From contig NC_087436.1 of NCBI RefSeq assembly GCF_036321535.1, positions 62,994,001-63,058,000 of the forward strand: 64,000 nt of DNA. The letters run 5' to 3'. This document shows, piece after piece, positions 53,232 through 64,000 of this stretch; position 1 is the stretch's first letter; the number at the start of each line of letters is the position of its first letter. The position numbers were made by a program, and so were the translations under genes. The notes below the pieces were generated by a model. It saw only the letters and a list, made by a program, of their open reading frames with translations, had not been told where the DNA came from and did not search any database. This stretch comes from Camelus dromedarius. Lineage: Eukaryota.

Positions 53232-54178
53232 GAAAGCACACCCAAATACCAACATCATCATCTCCCTTAGGGGCCTGGATTAAGTATCATTTCAGAGACT
53301 GTGGATATTACATTCTATTCTAATAAATCATACACTGAGAATCTGATCTCCATTTCATTTACATAATTAGAAGAGCAAAAACTTTTTTAAAAAGAGGAAA
53401 AGAACATAAACACTCCAGGTGATTTTTTAGTTGTACCTACCATCTTATTTTACAAATGAGTAAAAAATCTCAAAGAAGGAATTGAGTGGTTATGGGTCCC
53501 ACAGGTAGGAGCCATTGTGTTGAAAATAGAACCCATGTCCCTTGATCTTTTTCTTAGATTACAGTGGAGTAGGAAGAGTGAACAATATGGTTTCTTAGCC
53601 CAAAGAGGTAAAGCATTATACATTTTATGACCCTATGCATCTTGTTAATCCAGTGCATTAAACATTAGGCAAAATAACAAGGTGGTATTTAGAAATGGAA
53701 TGTCAACTGAAAATATATTTTTAAAATATGCTCTTAAAATTATTTGGGCAAATCACCATTCATTTTCATGACCACTTGTGTAAGAGAGAAATATTCTTAA
53801 GGCAGTAATTAATTCCAGCCGTTAACTATGTATCAAGTTAAATTTAATAATACAGTGAGTTTCATTTTTAACCAAATAAATACATTTCTTCTTAATTAAA
53901 TGAGTGCCTGTGTGTTGACATCAATACACCCCTAATTATATTTTGTCTAGTTCTATCTAATGGAACTTCCTTACCACTTCTATTCAAGATTATTTGGATA
54001 ATTTGAGATTGGTATTAAATCAATATATTTAAAAATATTTTTCTATTCTTTCCTATAGTAGAAAATTCAAAAAAGAAACTCTGGTGTAACAAAAGGAACA
54101 TTAGAACCAAACCAGAAAACAAAGGTTTGATTCTTGGCTCTTAATTTACCAGATGTAAAATAACTTGAAGTAACCTAA

Positions 54179-55171
54179 TGATACATAAAGTTTTTGTACA
54201 GTGAAGAAAATAATCAATAAAATGAAAAGACAACCTATTGAATGGGAGAAGACACTTGCAAATGGTATGTCTGATAAGAGGTTAATATCCAAAATATATA
54301 AAGAGCTCATACAACTCAATATCAAAAAAAAAAACAACCTGATCAAAAGATGGACAGATGACCTGGATAGACATTTTTTTCAGAGAAGATATACAGATAG
54401 ACAACAGGCACATAAAAAGATGTTCAACATCATCAATCACCAGGGAAATGCAAATCAAAACCTGTAGATATCAACTCACACCTGTCAGAATGGTATTCAT
54501 CAAAAAGCTAATAATAAATGTTGGTGAGAATGTGTAGAAAAGGGAACCCTCATACACTGCTGGGAATGTAAATTATTGCAGTCACTATGGAAAACAGTGT
54601 GGCAGTTCCTCAAATAATTAAAAATTGGACTACCCTATGATCTAGCAATTCTTCTCCTGAGTATACATCCAAAACAAACAAAAACATTAATTTGAAAAGA
54701 TATGTGTATCACAATGTTCATAGCAGCATTATTTATAATAGCCAATATATGGAAGCAAACTAAGTGTCCATCAACAAATGGATAAAAAAAGGTGTGGTAC
54801 ATGTATGTGATGGAATATTACTCAGCCATAAAAGAATGGAATTTTGCCATTTGCAACACATTTGTGGACCTGGAGGGTATTATGCTTAGTGAAGTAAGTC
54901 AGAAAGAGAAAGACAAATGCTGTATGTTTTCACTTATACGTGGAATCTAAAAAACAAAACAAAACAATTCATAAACATAACAAAATAGAAATAAACTCAT
55001 AGATACAGAGAACAAACTAGTGGTTACCAGTAGGTTCAGGGGTAGGGGAGGGGCCAGATAGGGGAAGGGAATTAAGAGGTACAAAGTACTAGGTACAAAA
55101 TAAATAAGATGCAAGGATGTTGTACACTTGAACTTAATATAATGTTGTAAATCAACATACTTCTAAAAAAT
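54179..55171 (+). mobile_element. 5'-truncated L1 (ORF2 C-terminus plus 3' UTR) with a degenerate target-site duplication
   Basis: ORF 54201 [39 protein letters not shown] is L1 ORF2. The flanks taacttgaagtaacctaa (54161-54178) and taacctcaagtaatttaa (55172-55189) are 14/18 identical. Confidence 0.9.
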
Positions 55172-55194
55172 TAACCTCAAGTAATTTAACTAAA

Positions 55195-55504
55195 TTTTAA
55201 AATGTATTTTAAAGTAATTTCAATCTTATAAAAATATGTAATATAGTTCAAAAAATAATACCTATTATAACTATTATAAAGTTATATTAAGAAATTCTTA
55301 GATTCCCCAATTCTTCAAGTTTTGACACTTATCATTTTTCATGTATAAATAAATCATAAATATATGTATATATGGATGTGTACATAGTCACACATTTTAA
55401 TATATTCATGTACATTTTTTCTGGACTGTTTTGGAGTAGAGTGCATATAGTATAATGTCTATGTCATAACATATCAGTGGCTATTTTCTAATAAAAATGT
55501 TATT
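55195..55504 (-). mobile_element. Old L1MC-type 3' end
   Basis: tttaaagtaatttcaatcttataaaaa...tttttctggactgttttggagtagagtgcatata...atcagtggctattttctaataaaaa. Confidence 0.5.
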
Positions 55505-55937
55505 GTATTAGGGTTCTGCAGATAAACAGAACCAATAGGAGATTTCTATAATAGAAGAGATTTATTACAAGGAAATGGCATACAGGATTATAGGAGACTT
55601 AGAATTCCCACAATTTACTCACTGCAAGCTGGAGACTCAGGAAAGCTGGTGGTATATTTCTGAGAATTTCAGGGCTTATGGTATAAATCTCAGTAAAGAG
55701 CAGAAGACTGATGTCTTCAGGCAGGCAGAGCAAATTCTCCCTTCCTCTGCCTTTTTGTTTTATTAAGACCTTCAGAGAACTGCATAATGTGTACTAATGT
55801 TGAGAGGGTGGTCAATCTGCTTTGCATAGTGCACCAATTCAAATACTAATTTCTTCCACAGACACCTTCCCAGACATACCCAGAAATAATGGACACCTCA
55901 TGTCCCAGTCAAGTTGACATAAAAAATTAACCATTAA
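55505..55937 (-). mobile_element. MLT2 LTR (3' LTR of a truncated ERV-L provirus)
   Basis: tgtattagggttctgcagataaacagaaccaatagga...cccagtcaagttgacataaaaaattaaccatta, contiguous with ERV-L internal sequence. Confidence 0.85.
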
Positions 55938-56731
55938 AATTCTACTCCTTGTCAACTTGGCACTCAGATATATCTCCTTAAACCATACTTAATTCCAAAT
56001 AAAGACAATAACAAGGTCATAATTCTGCCTAATATAATGCATTTATCCTACACACATCCAAAAAATAACTGCATCCCTGGAAGAGGAAGTAAAGTCACCT
56101 TGATATCCTGTAATTTAAATACGATGAGGTAAAATTAATGAAACATAATCATTAAGCTATTAAAGTCAATATATCTTATATTACATGACAAGATAACAAG
56201 AGGAAAGAAAACAAAGATGTTAGATAGATAGATAACAGACAGACATATATACACACAATATACACATAGATAAAAATGTATTAATAACAAAATATGGAGG
56301 AAATACTCATGACAAGTACAGTCCTTGTTTCTGTAACTGGTCATGTGGTTGTAGCTAGTATTTGTAACTACTTTCTTTCACTAACCATTTTGTATTCTCT
56401 TTCCCTTCAGCAATCATGGCAGTTTGTCATAGTTCTTTTCCTGGTTGGGTAATCCAAACTTTCATTCCTGAATGGTCTGTTTAAGTAACAGTCCTGCCTG
56501 GATTGTGATGTTATAGTTCTCCGTGGATATGATCATACTAAGAGATGTCCTAAGAGATCTCCTGTATTTGAGACATACTCTTCCTTAGCTCCATTGTCAA
56601 CCAGTACTTCCATTTCCCCTTGATAGCCAGGATCAATCACTCTAGCCAGCACAATAATTCCCTTCTTTGCCTGTTGACTGAATATTCTGAGGAGCCCAAA
56701 GTGGCCAGGTGGCAGTCTTAACTTCCAGTTC
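55938..56731 (-). mobile_element. ERV-L internal fragment with a decayed dUTPase-region reading frame
   Basis: Manual translation from 56730 gives NWKLRLPPGHFGLLRIFSQQAKKGIIVLARVIDPGYQGEMEVLVDNGAKEEYVSNTGDLLGHLLV*, then NPGRTVT*TDHSGMKVWITQPGKEL*...LQPHDQLQKQGL. This matches the HERV-L/MuERV-L-type dUTPase region. Confidence 0.9.
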
Positions 56732-58090
56732 CCATTATGCTTACATTACACTGTTTGCAATTGTCTCACATTCTTGAATATTCTGCCCTACCCCTCTTGT
56801 TTTCCTTAGCATTTCCATAGGGAAGTTTTATAAAAATATCTTCAAGCTCACTGATTTTTTCCTGGGATAAACCTCATCCACTACTAAGTCTCTTGAAGGC
56901 ATTTTTCATTTCTATTACAGTGTTTTTGACTACTAATATTTCTTTTTGATCCTTTCTTTGAGTTTCCATCTCTCATATTATCCATCAGTTCTTTCATGTC
57001 ATCTACTTTTTCTATTTAAGTTTTAAAAATATTAATCATATTTATTTTATCTTTCCTCTCAGGTAATTACAACATCTAACGTCATATCTGAGTCTGGTTC
57101 TGATATTGCTTTTTCTCTTTGGACTCTTTTTATCTTCCTTTCATCATGCCCCATAATTTTTTTTGAAGGTGATTATGATATAATAAGAACATAGGTAATA
57201 GGCCTTTGATGTGAGGTTTTATGTTAATCCAGCTAGAGTTAATTTAGCTGTGCCTAATGCTTGCTGTAGTTATAGGTGCCAGAGGCTTCAAGTTCCTCTA
57301 GTGACTGTTTTGTCTCATCTGTTGAATTTATGATTCTCTAAATACTCTTCATAGGGGTAGGTACTCCATCATTATTTTTTACTGGATCCCTGTTATTGTG
57401 GTAGTAAAGTTTGGGGAAAAGGCAGCATACTATAATTCTAAAGTATTCTAAAAGTACTCTTATAATTAAACCTCAGTTTTTCAGTGGGCCTGTGTCACTA
57501 CAATGTGACTGTGACAACTGTCTCTTAGCTTACTCCCCAGCCTCCACTTAGGAGAGATAGATTGAACAGAGTTGTGTAGATTAAAGAAATGCCCATAGGA
57601 TAAGGCTCTGGTAAAACTTCTTCCCTTGAAGTATAGGTCTTTGTTATGAAGAAAACCTTAAGATTATTTCACAATTTTTATTGCACCCAAGTGGTTAGCA
57701 CTGCCACAGCCAGGAGGGTATCATTCTTAGCTCCCCATCATGTGACTCTTATGTGGTTCTTGGAATAAGGTCCATGAAACTATGAGGATCCACTAAGACT
57801 GCAGCTCTGACAGTTCCTCTCTTACCTATTTTATCTGCACTCAGCCTTTAACAATTCATCAAAATTACCATCAAAGTGTTCCTACCACCTTAGGTTCCAC
57901 CAACTTCTGCTCCAACTAAGTAAATTTTGGCTATAATCTCTGGATTCATCTTTCTCTGCATACTTTCCAATGGTGGTTTGCCCTGTAACCTCAATTCTCA
58001 GATGGGTCCAAGAAAAGTCACTGATTTTTTATTTATTCAGTTTTTTCTTATTGTAAGAATAGGTATGCCAATTCCTAGCTCTTTACACGG
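56732..58090 (-). mobile_element. Old L1M (L1MC-type) 5' UTR/ORF1 region
   Basis: atcttcaagctcactgattttttcct...tgaaggcatttttcatttctattacagtgttttt...ttgccctgtaacctcaattctcagatgggtccaagaaaagtcactgattttt. Confidence 0.75.
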
Positions 58091-58444
58091 CATAACTATT
58101 CAATTAATTTTTGAATTTTTTCTACAATAAAAGTTACTGTAGCATGCAACTTATAATATCATTATAAGAAAATATATTAATTGCTAACATTTATTGATCA
58201 CATAACATGTGCCAAGCGGGTATGACTCTCAGCACTTGATAAAAATTAATTCAGTTAGTTTTCCTAATAAATCTATAGAACAGTGGCTACTCGCACTATC
58301 TCTGTGCTACAGATATAAAAACTGTGACCAGAAAGTTTAAATAAAATCAAATATTACAGGAACATAAGAGGTATGCAAATGAGATTTAAACCTGGAAAAA
58401 GAAGGTGAACTTAGTGTGCTATAGAAATATACACTTGCTATTTC

Positions 58445-58913
58445 TGATGTTTAATTTTATATTTAATTTAGTGAAGTGCCATGAGTTCTGAAAAAAACAT
58501 TCTGGATGTGTCTGTATGGGTATTTCTGGATGAGGTTAATATTTTGAATCTGTAGACTGAGTAAAGCAGACTGATCTCCTTAATACAGATGGGTCTCATA
58601 TAATCAAAGACACAAAATAAACCTAAAGTCTGAGTAAGAGTGAACTCTTCCTGCTTGATTGGTTTGAATTGCCATGGGTCTTTTCTAGCCTTTGGACTTG
58701 AACTAAAACATTGGCTCCCCTTGGATTTCAAGCCTGTCAGATTTTAGACTGGAAGTTACATCAATTCCTTATAATTGATTTCTCTCTGTGATTTCTCTCT
58801 CTATATATACATATCTCTTTGTCTTTGTCTCTGTCTCTGTCTGTCTGTCTGTCTCTCAAGATCTATTTTATAGATCAACTAGATCTATTTCTCTGGAGAA
58901 CCCTAACTAATAT
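58445..58913 (+). mobile_element. MLT2D-like ERV-L solo LTR
   Basis: attctggatgtgtctgtatgggtatttctggatgaggttaata...gtagactgagtaaagcagactg...tttctctggagaaccctaactaata. Confidence 0.85.
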
Positions 58914-59603
58914 ATTATTCTTACTCATTTTCAAAAGTATTCAATTAATTCACTCATTTAGTTATTTATTTATTTGTATAACAAGCCTTAATTAGAACCC
59001 TTATCTCAAAAGCAATAAAGGAGAACATTAATAAACTTAAGAATATTCACAACTTTCCATGTGGCAAAAATACCATAATCATGGTCAGAAGACAAATGAT
59101 TAACTGTGTGAGAAAATTATTTGCAGGATAAAAGTTCTTAGTTCCATAACTCACAAAGAATTTCTACAAATCAATCAATCAATAAAATATAAGCGAATAC
59201 TGAAGAGTAAAAATAGCATGTTTACAATAAGGGAATATAAATTTTGCATAAACATAAGAAAAGTTGTTACCAGACTGTCACATATAATAATTGCAAGTTT
59301 TTTCTATTTTTAAGAGAAACTGTAGTTAGAAATGTAATGTACCTGGTGCAAACTCCTCTTTGGGAGAGAAAAATTTGCCAAGATGCATAAACATTGACAT
59401 GCACACACACACTCTCTCATACAGCAATTTCACTACTATAACTTTAACATACAGGTTTACTGCTATAAATTTTCTAAAGACTTTATAAGAAAAAGAAAAA
59501 ATAATCTTGCCAGTAATTTAATTTGGAAAAAAGAGTCAGGAATTAAAATTAACTTTTTGCATTCCATTTGCATCATGTGCATTAGTTTCAATTGACTGTA
59601 TTA

Positions 59604-59628
59604 TGTGTGTGTGTGTGTGTGTGTGTGT
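59604..59628. repeat. (TG)n microsatellite
   Basis: Directly visible. Confidence 0.9.
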
Positions 59629-59719
59629 ACGTGTGTATACATATATATGCTTGAAATGTATGACCCCTATTAAGCAAGACATTAAATATAAAAAAAAATG
59701 CTAGAACCTATTTCCTGTC

Positions 59720-60635
59720 ATGGAGAGTTTCAGAGTCTAATGAGATCCAAATGGAAATCATAGGTAGAAAATTTAAAGAAATGAAAATTCTCCAGTGAAT
59801 AGAATAAAGTTGTTACACAGTTTGATGTCTTTGGCTGTGAAACATAGTGTAATAAGGCATGAGCATGGGGAAGTAAGGGAATAAGGGAATCCTGAGAAAT
59901 ACAGCTAAAACAATAGACGTGCAAAGTATTTCTTCTTGTATGGTATTGGCTCTTTAGAGTACAGAGAGACCCTTGAAGAATTTTAAGCAAGGAAGTGAAT
60001 TATTAGATTTAAATTTAAAAAAAAAGACTCTGGAAGTTGTGTACAAGAAACTAGATGTAGATACTGCAATAGGTTCAGATAAAAGCCCAATGATATTAAT
60101 AATAGTTTAAATTAACACAATAACTATGGCCAAGAAAGGATACAGAGGAGTTTCAAGAAAGGAACGGTCAACTTTTTTATACATTACTAAGAGCCCGACA
60201 AGGATAACAGACATAAAGTTTCCTTTTGTTTCAGCAATAGAGATTGGTAATGTTGGTAAGAACAATTTTATTAGTGGGACAAGATCATTCATCAGATTCA
60301 CACTGACTAGGAAGTTATGGAAGGTGAGAAAGGATAATCCATAAGTCTGGATTCCCTTTTCAAGAAGTATATCTGAAAAGAGGTAAAGTATTACAGTAGC
60401 TGGAAGGGACAACGTGACAAATAAATATGCTACGTATGGAAAGGCTTGTGACGTTTACTCACAGAGAGGAAGCCGTGGGGTGGCCAACGAGAGGCTGGGA
60501 AAATAAGGGACAGTCTCTTCCACTGAGATGAGGGAAATGAGAGAGTGACTGGTGCATACATTAAAGATTAATGGTCAGTGTTTGGCAATTAAAGAATTTT
60601 ATGCCTAATGTCTTTTCTTTTCCTATAATCAAAAG
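59720..60635 (-). mobile_element. Degraded L2
   Basis: ttgaagaattttaagcaaggaagtgaattattagatttaaattt...gactctggaagttgtgt; ttggtaatgttggtaagaacaattttattagtgg. Confidence 0.6.
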
Positions 60636-61838
60636 GCAATTTTATTTATTTATTTTTTAAACAGGAAGCGGGAGGGAGGGTAGAGTTAGCTTAGCTTGGT
60701 GTCTTTGAAAATAGAGCTTCAAGCGTATTATTCATGCCCTTTTACTTAAAGCGTAACTGTGAGAAAAGTAACATGATTTTCTGTTATCACTTATATTTGG
60801 CCTTACGAGCACAATAAGCCATTGAGAAAGGTATTTGATGTATTTCCTTAAGCATTCCAATCATTTAAAAGTAAAAAACAATGCATCAATGCTGGTAAGT
60901 CATATTTAACTGAAGCTCCTTATATCCTACCTAAAAAATAACTTCAAAGAAATTATGGGGGAAAGATCCACAAGAATTATCTAAGACCATCAAATAGCCT
61001 GACAGTCTAACATCCATCTGACATGCAGAGAAAAATCTATCACAGCAAGATGTACTGCCAAGCATTAGGCTCAATGTTTTCTATTTAAAAATCAATATAA
61101 AAAAAAAATCACATTGCAGGAAATGTGATAAATATATTTAGAAAAGAATAAAAACTTTTCATATTAAAATATCATCAGTCATCAAAAATCTGTAGCTGTA
61201 TTGATAAACAGATGAATCCATTGTAAATGAATTATTATCTGTTAAAGCAATGGCTATAATTAGCCTGCTAAGGCTATTTTAGCTTTTCTTATTTTGATCA
61301 TTTTTGTTCCTTATGTTTCACCAGTAAAGCAAGGCATCTTGTTCTCCATTGTAGTTTCATATAGAAAAATGTTATTTTCATCTTCCCTGAAGCAAACAGA
61401 AGACAGTAATAGAAGTACAGAAAGGGAGGGCGGGGGAGCAACTGTGGTACACACTGGCCTCTTATCAAAAGGGAATGAAAAATAATTTTCCCATTGGTAT
61501 CTTCAAGTTCCTTTTCCTGTGTAAAGTCTTCCTAAAACTCCCAACTGTATGAGGATGTATGTTTGTTTAATCTTAGGAGGTAACAGAATATATATCTTGC
61601 TACAGTGCCTTGCTATAGCCTTTTTCTTTGTGCATCTATCATTTTTATAGATGGAAAGAAAGGCCAGAATTTACTTTTATTCTTGTAAGATTTTAGTTAT
61701 ATCAATTGCCCTCATTGAACATTTTCTTGAGAGCTTCCAGGCATAGCAATAGTACTTTTTTTTTGTTTACTTGTTTTTGGATATCAAGCAAAGACACAGT
61801 AATACAAATAGTTCAGATTCATCATTATTATCCTCTGT

Positions 61839-62284
61839 TGTATTGGTCAGGGTTTTTCAGAGAACAAAACCAATAGAATAGAGAGAGAGAGAGAGATAAG
61901 GGATTTAAGATATAAGATTTGGCTCACGCAATTCTGGAAGCCAAGAAGCTGTCTTCAAGCTAGAGATTTAAGAAAGTAAATGGTGTAATTTAATTTGAGT
62001 CCAAAAGTTGGAGAACCAGGGGAGTCGATGTGGGGGCAGGAGAAGATGGATGCCACATCTTAAGCAAAGAGAGCAATTCCCCATTTCTCTATCTTTTTGT
62101 TCTACTCAGACCCGCAACAGACTAGATTATGCACACCCTCAGTGATCTTCTTTACTTGGTCTACAGATAGAAACGTTAATCTCTGATAGAAACACCCTCA
62201 TAGATACGCTCAGAAATAATCTTTTATCAGCTATCCACACATCCCTCACCCCAGTCAGGTTGATGCATAAAATTAATCGTCATA
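61839..62284 (-). mobile_element. MLT2 ERV-L solo LTR
   Basis: tgtattggtcagggtttttcagagaacaaaaccaatag...aaacaccctcatagatacgctcagaaataat...cccagtcaggttgatgcataaaattaatcgtcata. Confidence 0.85.
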
Positions 62285-62439
62285 TCTGCCAATAGGAATG
62301 GATGTCTATTATAGACCAGTGGTTCTTTCTGTTCTGTGTGGACAAACTTACTAAATTTGTCCAAGACTAGTAAGAACTGGTTCAGCACTGTATTCTGAAA
62401 TTAAATTGTCCTTACACACACGCATAACACACACACACT

Positions 62440-62670
62440 ATACTGTAGTCCTTGGGCTAGACATTTCATATACAATCTTTTCTTTAGTCCTCAAAAATTG
62501 TAACTAACATATAAGGTAAGAAGTCCTGTAATCCCAATTTACAGAAGAAAAATCCTTGACTTACATATATAAATACTAAGTAACTTGTCCAAGGTTACAT
62601 TATTATTAAGTGACTGGGCTGAGGTTTATGTTCATATTTGCCCCACTTCAGAAATCTTTGCTAAATTTAT
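62440..62670 (-). mobile_element. MIR SINE
   Basis: atcccaatttacagaagaaaaa...taagtaacttgtccaaggttacattattattaagtgactgggctgaggttt. Confidence 0.65.
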
Positions 62671-63564
62671 TACAAACAAAATGAGCTTATGTTATCCAAA
62701 CAAAAATTGCTTTGGATAAAAGAGCTGATTCTAGCCCTGAAGAGAATTTTGTCATTAAATGTAGTACTGACTCATGCCCAGAAGAGAGGACAGACTGATC
62801 AGCCAATGGTCTCACGCACAGAGAACACGATGGCTGAGGCACAGCTACCACATGGTGAATCAGTAAAGGTTTTAAAAGTTGCTAACTTATAATTTCCTCT
62901 GGAAAAAGACACTTAACAACCAATGAATCACATTTAAGTAAGAATGAACAAATGAGCTGCCAGTGTTTCAATTTAAAAAGTTAAAGAGTAAGAGTAGACA
63001 ACTGAAGTAAAAAATTAAACCATATTTAAAACAAATTTCAAGTCCACAAATAAAATGTAAGAAAAACATGTCAAAGCTTGGAGAGAGATTGAGAGAGACA
63101 GACAGAGACAGAGACAGAGGACTTTCTCCAATTGTTGCCAAGCTACCAACTCACACAAAGAAGTTATGCTTTGAAATGTCATATATGTGGGAATCAATAT
63201 GGCTCTGCTTATTTTCAAATTAGCCTGAAATCTGGAGGGAAACTTGATGAATCGTCAAATATATAAAGGCTTCAATTTTTTTCATTTGAATTTTAGAACT
63301 TAATTTAGCTTTTAATTCCAAGGGAAAAATCTTATTTATGACTTGCCTTATTCAACAGTATTTTAAATAACCCACAACACTTATACCTTAAAAAATTAAC
63401 ATCAGTGCCTTACTAGCAAATTAATCAATGTTAAATTTTGCCAATCACTGACACACTTTTATTTCTTTTCTTTTCTTTTTTTTTTCTCAGCTGATTTCAG
63501 TCAGGTTCAAAATGTGGTCAAAGTTTGGTCTCTGGTGGATATTATCTTCTCTTTCTCTCTAAGT

Positions 63565-63890
63565 TTCATTTAGAAATAATTTTAGATTCAAAGGAGTTAC
63601 AAGTAAATGTACAGGGAGATCCCGTGTATTCTTTAGCCAGCTTTTCCCAATGTCAGGTTCTTGCAGGTCTATAGCACAATGTCAAAACCAGGAAGTGACA
63701 TTGGTATAATCCACAGAACTTATTCAGCTTCCATGTGTGTATTTTTCATGCATCTCTCTCTCTCTCTCTTTCTCTGTGTGTGTGTGTGTGTGTATAGTTC
63801 TATAAAAATTTTTTCATGTGTAGTTTTGTGTGACCACCACCACCATCATAAAACTGAACTGTCTGCCACCATCTCCCTCATGCGATACCA
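63565..63890 (-). mobile_element. L1MB-type 3' end with (CT)(TG) repeat
   Basis: tttagaaataattttagattcaaaggagttacaag...tcaaaaccaggaagtgacattggtataatccacagaacttattcag. Confidence 0.75.
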
Positions 63891-64000
63891 CTAGCCTACT
63901 TTTAATTGGATACAATTTTTATGTTTACATTAAGCAGGCTTCAAGTGAACCGTAAAAAATAAAATTTAGAGTAAGAACTGTGAATCTTTAATACGCATTT

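Noticed and set aside
54146..54467. ORFs with recognisable protein sequence
   Set aside because: Frameshifted L1 ORF2 C-terminal remnant and its antisense frame, not a host gene.
60410..60810. Small CpG cluster
   Set aside because: Too sparse and AT-rich for a CpG island or promoter call, and partly within L2-like DNA.
1..64000. CRISPR array, operon, tRNA/rRNA, NUMT or other novel multi-gene system
   Set aside because: I saw no regularly spaced repeat-spacer array, long ORFs, structured RNA gene or mitochondrial-like sequence. The content is explained by mammalian repeats and unique non-coding DNA.

Overview
This is AT-rich, CpG-depleted eutherian mammal non-coding DNA (gene desert or deep intron). 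I recognise no intact protein-coding gene, RNA gene, CpG island or prokaryote-type system. Much of the window is a fossil record of transposable elements: L1 fragments of several ages, L2, MIR, MaLR/ERV-L/ERV1 LTRs and MER DNA-transposon relics. The youngest L1 3' ends resemble camelid L1 tails as I remember them, and I saw no Alu, Bov-A/BovB, PRE-1, CHR-2 or Can-SINE copies, so a camelid genome is likely (inference). Recognisable protein-derived remnants are a spliced internal ferritin light chain (FTL) retrocopy (~27395-27695, minus), an ERV-L dUTPase-region fossil (~56317-56730, minus) and L1 ORF2 fragments. The most unusual structure is a ~1.07 kb composite block (45064-46137) bounded by a perfect 14-bp direct repeat, which may be a rearranged L1-mediated transduction. 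I found no support for a new multi-gene biological system. Repeat subfamily names come from remembered consensus sequences, not a database search, and most boundaries are approximate.
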